Assembly: GCA_038087875.1 (NCBI GenBank)
Contig: CM075994.1
Location: 9,922,001-9,986,000, forward strand
Reading direction: 5' to 3'
Source of the DNA: Malacoraja senta
Lineage: Eukaryota
Length of the DNA: 64,000 bases
Numbering within the stretch: the first letter of the stretch is position 1; every line of letters starts with the position of its first letter. The notes beneath the pieces are model-generated. The model saw only the letters and a program-made list of their open reading frames with translations. It ran no database searches and was not told where the DNA came from. Shown here one piece after another: positions 1 through 11,659 of the stretch. Both the position numbers and the translations under genes were made by a program.

Positions 1-1230
1 TTATTAATATCATTCGGTAAAGTTAATGAATCCCCTCTATCTGATTTAATCTTTTGAATCGTGTGTTCTTTTTCTCGTTTTTTTAGCTGACGAGCCAAAA
101 GGTTGTGTGGTTTATCCCCAAATTCAAAGTGTTCCTGTCTTGTAATTTGGAAAAGTCCTATAAGTTTGGCTGATAATAATTTATTTAATTTAAATTTCGG
201 AATTATTATTTTATTATGTTTATCCATAGATGGATCTTTAGCATTATCTATATCCAGTTGCCTAATTTGTTCTTCTAACTGTCTTTGTTCATTCTTATTC
301 TTTTTATTTTGAAAAGCTTGGTATGAGATTATAACAACTCTAATAAATGCTTTAAAAGATTCCCATAACAAAGTAGGCGATATATCTGGAGTGTCATTTA
401 TTTCAAACAAGACGTCCATTTGTTTTTTTTAGATATATACTGCCTTGCGGGTCTTTTAGGATTTGAGGATTGAACCTCCAAAACGATTTGTTCTTAGACA
501 TTCCTTCCAGTTTTAAAAAGAAAGTTAGCTGTGAATGGTCTGAAATCGAGTTGGTATGGTATATTGGGTTCACAGTGTAAGGGATTAATTTTGTATCCAC
601 CAGGAAATAATCTATACGTGAGTATTTTTTGTGTACCATTGAATAAAACGAGTATTCCCTGCCAGTCGGATTAGCAATTCTCCAAACATCTGTTATATTG
701 GTATTATTTATGTAAGTAGTTAAAATTCACTAGTTTTAGATTTCGTATTACCTCTCTGTTTTTGACTAGATTTATCTAAATACGGATCTAAAACACAGTT
801 AAAGTCTGCTCCTATTATAACATTCTGGTAATTAGATTCTGCGATTATGTTCAGGATTTTATTGAAAAAATGAGGATTATCAAAGTTAGGCGCGTATATA
901 TTTACCAAGGTAATTGGGGTAGCGTGAATCTCTCCAGTAACTATCAAATATCTCCCTTCCTTATCTGTTATGGTATTCTTTGCTTTGAATGGAATGCCTT
1001 TTCGAATAATGATTGACGTACCTCTAGATTTCGAAGTATATGAAGAATGATATATTTGACCTATCCAATTCGCCCTCAATCTAGCCTGATCCTGGGATTT
1101 GAGATGGGTTTCTTGTAGAAAGATGATGTCAGTATTGTACAATTTCAGCTGAGCTAATATCTTACCCCTTTTAATAGGTTCATTAACACCTATTATATTC
1201 CAACTGCAGAATGTGACTCCTCCTAGGTTC
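1..1230 (-). mobile_element. L1-clade LINE, ORF2 N-terminal APE endonuclease (degraded, continues off the window start)
   Basis: ORFs 720..1142 (DIIFLQETHL, LVNIYAPNFDN, IIGADFNCVLDP) and 403..639 (YSRIDYFL, ISDHS, WRFN) carry L1 endonuclease motifs, with frameshifts between them. Confidence 0.9.
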
Positions 1231-1559
1231 TATTATTTAACGTCTTGCATTTTGAATAGTTATAATACCTTTAAATCTTACGGTGCATCCATACCTCAGG
1301 TCTTTAGGTATTGGGGGAACCTTTGCATTACTAAGTTCTGTTGGCATATCCCTTTTACGCTTATCACTAAACAAAAAACACGAACATGTGACTTGATGTG
1401 ATAGTAAAAAAAAAATTGAAAAAGTGAAAATACAGTGTCTAAAATTGTCGACACTGTAACAAGTGGCCCACCTGTAGGTGGGAGAAAACCTTGTATCGAC
1501 TTCCATTGTCGATGTTAAACAATTAGCTCCGCTCCCTTGATTACTCATAACATAATGGG

Positions 1560-2479
1560 TGAAACCGAATGCAGAACTGATCATTTTTGGAACAATCGAA
1601 GCCAGTTTGGAGCTGACTTTGTTTCAAAGGAGCTTTCTTAATTATGGCTTAATAATGGTAAAAAAACTTATACTGAAATTCTGGAAAAACGCTCCCACGC
1701 CAATAACAAAAATGTGGATTTCTAATATGGCGGAACTGTTACACCTAGAAGATATGAGATTCCTCTTAGCAGGTAAACCAGACCAATTCCAAAAGATTTG
1801 GTCTCCATTTATCGACTTATTACAAATATATGATGTCCTGACCCACCTCATAACATATCATATTATATCATATTATATTGTCTCCTTGGCCTTTGCAATT
1901 TACAATGCAATCGACACTTTTATATGGGGTTTGTGTAATTTACAATGCTCTTCACTTCCCCTTTATATAGGGTTTTAGGCACTTTCTTTATTTCTTTCTT
2001 CTTTTTTATTTCTAGAGAAGTATATGTTTTTATAGATTATGTGTCTTTCTGTGTGTCTTTTTAACTTGACTTGACTGGACTCTCTGAACAACCACACAAG
2101 AGTTCCTATGTGTGTAAGCACAAATGGCAAATAAAGTTTTTTGATTTTGATTGAACAAAATGTTGATAATAAATGGATTCAGGACCTGGCGAGGGGTGAG
2201 TAAAGATATGAAGTAGGTACATCCCTTTTATATTGTCCTATCTTATCTTACTTTTTCTTTTTTCTTTTTCCTGCTTTTGGTTTCTCCCTTTTTTTAAAAA
2301 CTATTTCTTGTGGTTTAGGTCCATATGGGTGTTCCTGGACCACTTTCAATCACTCACTTTCTATCTTTACTAACTCTTTCTATCATTTTTCTTATTAAAG
2401 TTTAAAATAAGATGTGGTGCAACTATAACCTTATGTTTATTGGAGATCACTGTACTGTACAATACTTCTAATAAAAAAA

Positions 2480-2513
<34 letters not shown>
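1560..2513 (+). mobile_element. 5'-truncated L1 3' end with poly(A), inserted upstream of ORF2 of the minus-strand L1
   Basis: ORF 1559..1978 is an L1 ORF2 C-terminus (KKLILKFWK...LHLEDMRF...KIWSPF). Poly(A) at about 2486-2513. 13-bp direct repeat ataacataatggg at 1547-1559 and 2514-2526 (TSD). Confidence 0.85.
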
Positions 2514-2516
<3 letters not shown>

Positions 2517-3104
2517 ACATAATGGGACGGGACCTCGCAATCAGATATATAATACAAATTTACCCTATATATTTAGTTATAACATATCATATATATAACA
2601 ATTATATCTACTAATTGTTTAAACGGTTGATTTTACCTTCAATAATAATCAACTGTTGGTTGAAGGGTTAACGTGAAACATGGTCCTGGATCTAAGCCAG
2701 GTGCTCGTTTCTCCTCCCCTCCCCCCAGTTGTAGATAAGGCTTAGATTTAGTGAATTTTTGTGTTAGTTCATAAATTTGTTTTTTCTTGTTAGCGTCCGT
2801 TACTATTTCTATATTAATATTGTTAGATTGTTAAATTATTAATAGGATTAGTTCTTTACAATTTAAATTAGTATTTTAATCTCTTAAACAATTAATGCTT
2901 CTGGTGTAATCCACTCTCTTCGGCATTCTTTCATCGTGTTACTACTGTATTTTTGTTTGTTCTGAATAAAAGCATTTTGTATTTTTAAAAAAACGAAGGG
3001 ACAAAAAGGTAAAAAATACGGGACAAATTCCCCGACGGTAATTCGTTGGCCGACTCAGCCGTGGCTGAGTGAGGCCATGATGGCCAGAGTGAGTCCCAGA
3101 GCAA

Positions 3105-3480
3105 ATTGGAGGCCCAGCACTTCAACTCCCCCTCCCATTCCGAATCCGACCTTCCTGTCCTGGGCCTCCTCCATTGCCAGATTGAGACCCACCGCAAATT
3201 GGAGGAGCATCACCTCATATTTCGCTTGGGTAGTTTACACCCCAGCGGTATGAACATTGACTTCTCTAACTTCAGATAGCACATGTTTTCTCCCTCCTTC
3301 TTCTCCCCCTTACCAGTTCTCCTACAAGTCCTACTGTCTCCGCCCACTTTCTATATTTTTCCCGCCCCCCCCCCCGACATCAGTCCGAAGAAAGGTCTCG
3401 ATCTGAAACGTCACCCATTCCATCTCTCCATAGATGCTGCCTGTCCCGCTGACTTGCTCCAGCATTTTGTGTCCACCTTG
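3105..3480 (+). mobile_element. Penelope-like element 3' fragment
   Basis: Encodes the GIY-YIG C-terminal remnant (HFNSPSHS...LEEHHLIFRLGSLHPSGMNIDFSN) plus the recurrent ...gaagaaaggtctcgatctgaaacgtcacc...gatgctgcc tail. Confidence 0.75.
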
Positions 3481-3727
3481 GTATCTCAAGATGTTCTGGG
3501 TCAGGACCTTCGGACGTCAGGCGCCCTGGGCCATGGGCTCGTGTGCTGATGAGTTCTGGGCAAAGACCACCAACGTTCAGAAGGGGCTGGACCTGGGCCT
3601 TGGCTGTTCAGAAGGGTTGGGGTCAGGTCCTAGGAAGTTCTAGAAGGTCAGGTCTTTGCAAGTTTAGGAGGTCTTGGGTCAGGACCTTGGGACTTCAGGA
3701 CTTCAGGAGAATCTGGGTTGGGGCTGT

Positions 3728-4500
3728 GGCAGGCAGTGAAAAAAGCTAATGGCATGTTGGCCTTCATAACAAGAGGAGTTGAGTATAGGAGCAAAGAGGT
3801 CCTTCTGCAGTTGTACAGGGCCCTAGTGAGACCACACCTGGAGAATTGTGTGCAGTTTTGGTCTCCAAATTTGAGGAAGGACATTCTTGCTATTGAGGGA
3901 GTGCAGCGTAGGTTCACAAGGTGAATTCCCGGGATGGCGGGACTGTCATATGCTGAGAGAATGGAGCAGCTGGGCTTGTATACTCTGGAGTTTAGAAGGA
4001 TGAGAGGATATCTTATTGAAGCATATAAAATTATTAAGGGTTTGGACACGCTAGTGGCAGGAAACATGTTCCCGACGTTGGGGAAGTCCAGAACCAGGGG
4101 CCACACAGTTTAAGAATAAGGGGTAAGCCATTTAGAATGGAGACGAGGAAACACTTTTTCTCATAGAGAGTTGTGAGTCTGTGGAATTTTCTGCCTCAGA
4201 GGGCGGTGGAGGCCGGTTCCCTGGATGATTTCAAGAGAGAGCTAGATAGGGCTCTTAAGGGGATTTGTGAATTCGTGGAATTCCCTGCCACAGAGGGCAG
4301 TAGAGGCCAAATCACTGGATGGATTTAAGAGAGAGTTGGATAGAGCTCTAGGGGCTAGTGGAATCAAGGGTATGTGGTGAGAAGGCAGGAACGGGGTACT
4401 GATTGGGGATGATCAGCCATGATCACATTGAATGGCGGTGCTGGCTCAAAGGGCCGAATGGCCTCCTCCTGCTCCTATTGTCTAATGTCTATTGTCTAAG
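3728..4500 (+). mobile_element. CR1 LINE 3' fragment
   Basis: [29 protein letters not shown]-terminus, conserved CR1 3' UTR and (CTATTGT)-like tail. Confidence 0.9.
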
Positions 4501-4814
4501 TTCAGAAGGTCAGGTCTTTGGAAGTTCAGGAGGTCTTGGGTCAGGATATTGGGACTTCAGGAGAATCTGGGTCGGGGCCGTAGGCATTCAAGATGTTCCT
4601 GGTCAAGACCCTTGGTACTGTAGGTGTGCTTGGCAGGATCTTGTGAGTTGATGAGGTTCTGGACAAGGACCACCAGGGTTCAGGAGATCCTACAACAGGA
4701 TCTTGGAATTTCAGAAGGTTTCGGGAGGTTGGGCAGTTCGAGGTACTCGGCACTTCTGTATGTTCTGGGACATTCCCAGGAACTCTTGAACCTCCAAGAT
4801 CCCGGGTGGGAGAA

Positions 4815-5745
4815 ACATAGGTGCAGGAGGTGGCGATTCGGCCCTTCGAGCCAGCACCGCCATTCATTGCGATCAAGGCTGATCGTCCCCAATCAATAAC
4901 CCGTGCCTACCTTCTCCCCATATCCCTTGATTCCTCTAGCCCCTAGAGCTCTATCTAACTCTCTCTTAAATCCATCCAGTGATTTGGCCTCCATCTGTGG
5001 CATGGAATTCCACAAATTCACAACTCTCTGGGTGAACATTTTTTTCTCACCGCAGTCTTAAATGGCCTCCCCTTTATTCTAAGACTGTGTGCGGCCCCTG
5101 GTTCTGGGCTCGCCCAACATTGAGAACATTTTTCCTGCATCTAGCTTGTCCAGTCCTTTTATAATTTTTTATGTCTCTATCAGATCCCCCCTCATCCTTC
5201 AAAACTCCAGTGAATACAAGCCTAGTCTTTTCAATCTTTCCTCACATGACAGCCTCGCCATCCCAGGGATCAATCTCGTGAACCTACGCTGCACTGCCTC
5301 AATCACAGGGATGTCCTTCCTCAAATTAGGAGACCAAAACTGTACACAATAATTGTATATGTTTCTATAAGATCCCCCCTGATTCTTCTAAACTCCAGTG
5401 AATACAAGCCTAGCCTTACCAGAGCCCTATACAACTGCAGAAGAACCTCTCTACTCCTATACTGAAATCCTCTTGTTATCAATCTGGGAGCTGGTGGGGA
5501 CATATCTCGCTGGAAGCCCAACCAGGACTAGGAGCCTTGTGTCGAACAATAAACAATAGACAACAGGTGCAGGAGCAGGCCATTCAATGTGATCATGGCT
5601 GATCATCCCCAATCAGTACCCCGTTCCTGCCTTCTCCCCACATCCCCTGACTCCGCTATCTTTAAGCGCCCTATCTAGCTCTCTCTTGATAGCATCCAGA
5701 GAACCGGCCTCCACCACCCTCTGAGGCAGAGAATTCCACAGACAG
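4815..5745 (-). mobile_element. Cluster of CR1 LINE 3' fragments
   Basis: Minus-strand ORFs with CR1 RT C-terminal motifs ([28 protein letters not shown]...GEKAGTGY). Confidence 0.85.
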
Positions 5746-6199
5746 TGTTGGAGATGCCTCAGGCATTTCCTCCCAGCAGAGATTAGATCATTGGACCTAT
5801 CCAAGTAGACAACTGCAGAATCACGGAACTGCAGGTGCTGCCGAGGAAAGACACAAAATGCTGGAGTAATATTTCCGACGGGAAAAATGGGAAAAAGCCA
5901 GACGACGGCTGCGTAAACGATCAGAGCCACCGCTGGAGTAGGATGGGGGGGGGTTATTGTGATCCGCCCTTAACCACTCCCCCCGGGGTTGTCACCGCAC
6001 GCTCCCGCTAATCCTTTCTCCCCCCCCCCGAACTCACGGTGTCTCCGAAGCCCCTCTTGGCCTGGTCTTGTCTCCCCTTCACCCAGTGGATCTGCTGCAG
6101 GTACCAGACTCGCGTCCGATCCTCCATCTCCAGGCCGTGCAAGAGGGCGTCCCTCTTCCTCTCCAGCTCCTTCATCTGTTTCAGCTGCGGGGGGAAACG

Positions 6200-6950
6200 G
6201 GGCCCCCATTACTGACGAAGGCTCTCGAACCACAAGCTGGTCAAAACAGTCTCTCTCCGCAGAGACCGCTCCCTCCGTAACTCCCTGGTCAACTCGTACC
6301 TTCCCACCCCAGCCACCCCCTCCCCGGGCACTTTCCCCTTGCAACCGCAGGAAATGCTACACTTGTCACTTTACCTCCCCCCCCTCGACTCCATCCAAGG
6401 ACCCAAGCTGTCTTTCCAGGTGCGGCAAAGGTTCACCTGCACCTCCTCCAACCTCATCTATTGCATCCGCTGCTCTAAAGGTGTCAGCTGCTCTACATCG
6501 GTGAGACCTAGTGCAGGCTTGGCGATCGCTTCGCCCAACACCTCCGCTCAGTTCGCATTAACCAACCTGACCTCCCGGTGGCTCAGCACTTCAACTCCCC
6601 CTCCCGTTCCGGATCCGACCTTTCTGTCCTGGGCCTCCTCCATGGCCAGAGTGAGGCCCACCGTAAATTGGAGGAGCAGCACCTCATATTTCGCTTGGGC
6701 AGTTTACACCCCAGCGGTATGAATATTGACTTCTCCAATTTCAGGTAGTCCCTGCTTTCTCCCTCCTTCCCCTCCCCTTCCAAGCTCTCCCACAGCCCAC
6801 TGTCTCCGCCTCTTCCTTTCTTCTTCCGGCCCCCCCCCCACCCCCACATCAGTCTGAAGAAGTGTCTCGACCTGAAACGTCACCTGTTCCTTCGCTCCAT
6901 AGATGCTGCCTCACCCGCTGAGTTTCTCCAGCATTTTTGTCTACCTTTTT
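6200..6950 (+). mobile_element. Penelope-like element fragment (GIY-YIG endonuclease remnant)
   Basis: FQVRQRFTCTSSNLIYCIRCS...LYIGET...RFAQHL...PVAQHFNS motif chain with frameshifts, followed by the Penelope-type tail. Confidence 0.85.
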
Positions 6951-7180
6951 TTCCACGAGTAGTAGCTCGACTCAATAACCAAAAATCTGTAGCCTCCTTG
7001 TGCTCTGGTATTTGATTTTATTCACATGTTTAATCGATAATGTTTTATTATTAATGTTTAATGTGTCATTCCTAACTGTCCCTGTATGTCATGTTGTCTC
7101 TTGTGGGCGGAGCAACAAGGCAAATTCCTTGTATGTGAATACTTGGCCAATAAACATATTCATTCATTCATTCATTCATT
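6950..7180 (+). mobile_element. LINE 3' UTR with (ATTC)n tail (Rex1/L2-like)
   Basis: aaattccttgtatgtgaatacttggccaataaa followed by (cattcatt)n. Confidence 0.5.
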
Positions 7181-7374
7181 CGTTCCTTCTCTCCAGAGAT
7201 GCTGCCTGTCCCCGCTGAGTTACTCTGGATTTTTGTGTCCATCTCCCATTATTCATCGACTGATACTTTATTATGGATAGACAATAGACAATAGGTGCAG
7301 GAGAGGCCATTCGGCCCTTTGAGCCAGCACCGCCATTCAATGTGATCATGGCTGATCATCCCCAATCAGTACCC

Positions 7375-7690
7375 CCTTCCCTCTGTTCCCCTTCCCCTTC
7401 TCTTCCCACTCCCTCCCCAATCCACCCCCTCCATCCCATGTCCATCTCCTCTCCCTCTCTACCCCTCCCCTTCCACTTTCTCTTACCTTCCACCGCCCCA
7501 ACCACCACTCCTCCAATCCACCCCCTCCATCTCCTCTCCCCCCCTCCCTTCTCCCCCTCCCCTTTTCTTCCCCCTCCTCCCCCCCCCATTCCTCCCCGTC
7601 CCTCTTCCCCTCTTCATCTCCTCTCCCCCACATCCTCTCTCTCACTCTCTCCCCCTTCTCCCCCCCCCCCCCCCCCCGTCCCCGCTCCCC
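7375..7690. repeat. C/T-rich low-complexity tract
   Basis: Nearly pure polypyrimidine sequence. Confidence 0.9.
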
Positions 7691-7696
7691 ACTCAC

Positions 7697-7833
7697 CACA
7701 TCGTAATCCACGCCGCCGGTGATGGTGTGGCGCCTGGGTTCACCGCGGCACGTGTCGCTGCGCTGCTGGGCCGCCCGAGCCACGGACCCGGCGATGCTGT
7801 GCGAGCGGCTCACGACCGGCCCCTCGCCGCGCT
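7697..7833 (-). CDS. Suppressor APC domain-containing protein (SAPCD1/SAPCD2-like), internal exon
   Basis: Translates RGEGPVVSRSHS...CRGEPRRHTITGGVDYDV, matching the SAPCD2 motif RGEPRRHTIASGVDCGL as I recall it. Polypyrimidine+CAG acceptor at 7836-7834; GTGAGT donor at 7696-7691. Its phase-1 start fits the exon-1 donor. Confidence 0.8.
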
Positions 7834-8189
7834 CTGGGGGGGGGGGGCAGAGAGAAAGAGACCTCGCTTAAACCGTGGGACGGCGGATCCTCCACGCCCT
7901 GGCGTTCCGCGCCACCACCTACCGGCGCAGGCGGTCCCAATCGGAGGCCTCTCTACCGGGGATTCCTCCCCCTGGGGTGCGGAGTGCTGCACAAGGCTGC
8001 GGCCTGTAGGCGGTTGACGGGCTCGCCAGCCGCCCGGCGCTTCCGCGGCGAGCAAGAGACCATGTTCCACCTGTACGTGCAGCATGAGAGGTTGCACCCC
8101 CTATCTGAAGGGGGCTGCTCCTCAAGCCTTGGCTACATTGCAGCCCTGATATCTGGGCACCCAGTACAGAGCAGGGAGGGGTCTCAACA

Positions 8190-8612
8190 GACAATAGATA
8201 ATAGGTGCAGGAGTAGGCCATTCGGCCCTTCGAGCCAGCACCACCATTCAATGTGATCATGGCTGATCATCCACAATCAGTACCCCATTCCTGCCTTCTC
8301 CCCATATCCCCTGACTCCGCTATCTTTAAGAGCCCTGTCTTGCTCTCTCTTGAAAGCATCCAGAGAACCGGCCTCCACCTCCCTCTGAGGCAGAGAATTC
8401 CACAGACTCACAACTCTCTGTGAGAAAAAGTGTTTCCTCGTCTCCGTTCTAAATGGCTTACCCCTTATTCTTAAACTGTGGCCCCTGGTTCTGGACTCCC
8501 CCAACATCGGGAACATGTTTCCTGCCTCTAACGTGTCCAAACCCTTAATAATCTTATTTGTTTCAATAAGAAACCCTCTCATCCTTCTAAACTCCAGAGT
8601 GTACAAGCCCTG
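8190..8612 (-). mobile_element. CR1 LINE 3' fragment
   Basis: ORF 8277..8621 CR1 RT C-terminus; (CTATTGT) tail. Confidence 0.9.
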
Positions 8613-8714
8613 AACTCCCATCTACCTCATTGGACACCTTTGAACAATCTTTAATTGGACTTTATTGGATGTCTATGTTCTCTTGAAGTAAATGTTGTGC
8701 CACTATGCTTTGAG

Positions 8715-8885
8715 TGGGGCAGTGTGTCACACACTCTCCTTCCCCCCTTTGGCGGACCATTGGGCAGTGTGTCACACATTATCCGTTCCCCCTTTGGCGG
8801 ACCATGGGGCAGTGTGTCACACACTAACCGTTCCCCCTTTGGCGGACGATGGGGCAGTGTGTCACACACTATCCTTTCCCCCTCT
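8715..8885. repeat. 45-bp minisatellite, about 4 copies
   Basis: cagtgtgtcacac recurs at 8720, 8765, 8810 and 8855. Confidence 0.9.
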
Positions 8886-9174
8886 GGTTCTCTGTTGACA
8901 TGCAGCCAAGATTTGTGAAGTGAAAATATTTTCCGGGCAGCTGCGATGATCTTACACAATAGAGAGACTGTTGGGTTTCAGTCCAGGTTTCAGTTGGCAC
9001 AAATCCACAAGAGGACACAGCCGCGACTTTGATAAGACACAATAGTAAAGCGAGAGAGATATAATCTTGGAAATACTGGAAAAACAATCTCTTCCCATTA
9101 AACCTACGATTTCATTCAATGGATCTTCAGAAGGTGACTCTGGCTTAATTTCGGAATTAAGACATCATTATTCA

Positions 9175-10035
9175 ATAGACAATAGACAACAGGTGCAGGA
9201 GTAGGTCATTCGGCCCTTCGAGCCAGCACCGCCATTCAATGTGATCATGGCTGATCATCCCCAATCAGTACCCCGTTCCTGCCTTCTCCCCATATCCCCT
9301 GACTCGGCTGTCTTGAAATGCCCCATAGAAACATAGAAAATAGGTGCAGGAGTAGGCCATTCGGCCCTTCGAGCCTGCATCACAATTAAATATGATCATG
9401 GCTGATCATCCAACTCAGTATCCTGTACCTGCCTTCTCTCCATACCCGCTGATCCCTTTAGCCACAAGGGCCACATCTAACTCCCTCTTAAATATAGCCA
9501 ATGAACTGGCCTCAACTACCTTCTGTGGCAGAGAATTCCACAGATTCACCACTCTCTGTGTGAAAAAGTGTTTCCTCATCTCCGTTATAAATGGCCTACC
9601 CCTTATTCTTAAACCATGGCCCCTGGTTCTGGACTCCCCCAACTTCGGGAACATGTTTCCTGCCTCTAGCATGTCTAAACCCTTAATAATCCTATAGGTT
9701 TCAATAAGATCCCCTCTCATCCTTCTAAACTCCAGCGTATACAAGCCCAGCCACTCCATTCTCTCAGCATATGACAGTCCCGCCATCCCGGGAATTAACC
9801 TTGTAAGCCTACGCTGCACTCCCTCTATAGTAAGAATGTCCTTCCTCAAATTTGTTACCAAAACTGCACACAATACTCCAGGTGTGGTCTCACTAGGACT
9901 CTGTACAACTGCAGAAGGACCTCTTTGCTCCTATATTCGACTCCTCTTGTTATGAAGGCCAACATGCCATTCGCTTTCTTCACTGCCTGCTATACCTGCA
10001 CGCTTACTTTCATTGTCTGATGAACAAGGACTCCC
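9175..10035 (-). mobile_element. CR1 LINE 3' fragments (two tails)
   Basis: ORF 9415..9873 CR1 RT C-terminus; (TTTCTATG) and (CTATTGT) tails. Confidence 0.9.
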
Positions 10036-10239
10036 AGATCCCATTGTACTTCCTACCTTTCTTCAGACTCGACCCCGAAACATCACCCGTTCCTTCTCCC
10101 CAGAGATGCTGCCTGTCCTGCTGAGTTATTCCAGCATTTTGTGTCATATCTTCGATTTAAACCAGCATCTGCAGTTCCTCCCTAAACATGATGGCGGGGG
10201 AAAAAATACTTCCTCTTCTGCCCCTGTGTTTGGATAGAG

Positions 10240-10590
10240 TCATAGCGTCGTAGGAAACAGGCCCTTCGGCCCAACTCGCCTACACCGGCCAACTATGTCC
10301 CAGCTACACTAGTCTCACCTGCCTGCGCTTGGTCCATATCCCTCCAAACCTGTCCTATCCATGTACTTGTCAAACCGCTTCTTAAACGTTGGGATAGTCA
10401 CAGCCTCAACTACCTCCTCTGGCAGCTTGTTCCATACACCCACCACCCTCTGTGTGAAAAAGTTACCCCTCAGATTCCTATTAAATCTTTTCCCCTTCAC
10501 CTTGAACCTGTGTCCTCTGGTCCTCGATTCCCCTACTCTGGGCAAGAGACTCTGTGCATCTACCCGATCTATTCCTCTCGTGATTTTGTA
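10240..10590 (-). mobile_element. CR1 LINE 3' fragment, second subfamily
   Basis: YKITRGIDRVDAQSLLP...RGNFFTQRVVGVWNKLPEEVVEA...GYGPSAGR. Confidence 0.85.
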
Positions 10591-11659
10591 CAGTGTACGA
10601 TGTACTAATTGATTGTAATGCGTTAATTGGGAGCTGAACGAGCTTATGAGGCAGGCAGTGGCTGTCGACAAGGCCTATCCACCCCATCAATAATAACATC
10701 CCCGAGGGTCTTGGTTCAATAGTGGATTGGGGGGGGGGGGAGTGAGCATCACATTATCACCTCCAACATTCTCACTTCCAAATAAGGGACACAAGGTCAA
10801 AATGCGGGACAAATTCCCCACGGCAATTCGTTGACCCACTCGTCTTCTAAAATGACGGCAGAGTCCCAGCCCCGACTACCTCCTCTGGCAGCTCGTTCCA
10901 TACACCCCACCACCCTCTGTGTGAAATCGACTGGTTTAGAGTAATAACATGGTTCAGTGCTGCAGGGATGTCGTTAGTTTGTGCCAAGGCCACTCTGCTC
11001 AAGAAGGAACTGCAGATGCTGGAAAATCCCAGGTAGACAAAAATGCTGGAGAAACTCAGCCGGTGCAGCAGCATCTATGGAGCGCAGGAAATAGGCAACG
11101 TTTCAAGCCGAAACCCTTCGCTCCATAGATGCTGCTTCACCTGCTGAGTTTCTCCAGCATTTCTGTGTACCATGGTCACTCTGATGGAGATGAACACATC
11201 TCCACAATCAGCAGCCTGCTTTTATTATGATCAAAAAATATTTTATTGCAATAACAAAAACAGTCTGAAGAAGGGTTTCGACCCGAAACGTCGCCCGGTC
11301 CTTCTGTCCAGAGATGCTGCCTCACCCGCTGAATTACTGATATGGGATGATCAGCCATGATCACATTGAATGGTGGTGCTGGCTCGAAGGGCCGAATGGC
11401 CTACTCCTGTACCTATTGTCTATTGTCTGTTACTCCAGTATTTTGTGCCTACCTTCGATTTAAACTAGCACCAGTTCATTCTTACACCTAATATAACATA
11501 ATACAACATAATATCACTACACAATAATATATACAAATATATTACTATCTATTTTCTATTATAATATATAAATATAGATATATATCTATAAATAAATTCC
11601 TCGCATGTTGCAAAACATACTTGGCGAATAAAGTGTGATTCTGATTGTAATTATATTAC

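Noticed and set aside
1..110. Similarity between the window start and the window end (63890-64000)
   Set aside because: Two diverged copies of the same L1 family region, not a terminal repeat or circularity.
7922..8070. Possible extra SAPCD-like exon (tacag|GTGGAA ... GCCG|gtaggt)
   Set aside because: Its phase does not fit direct splicing from exon 1 without another exon, and I recognise no homology, so it is left unannotated.
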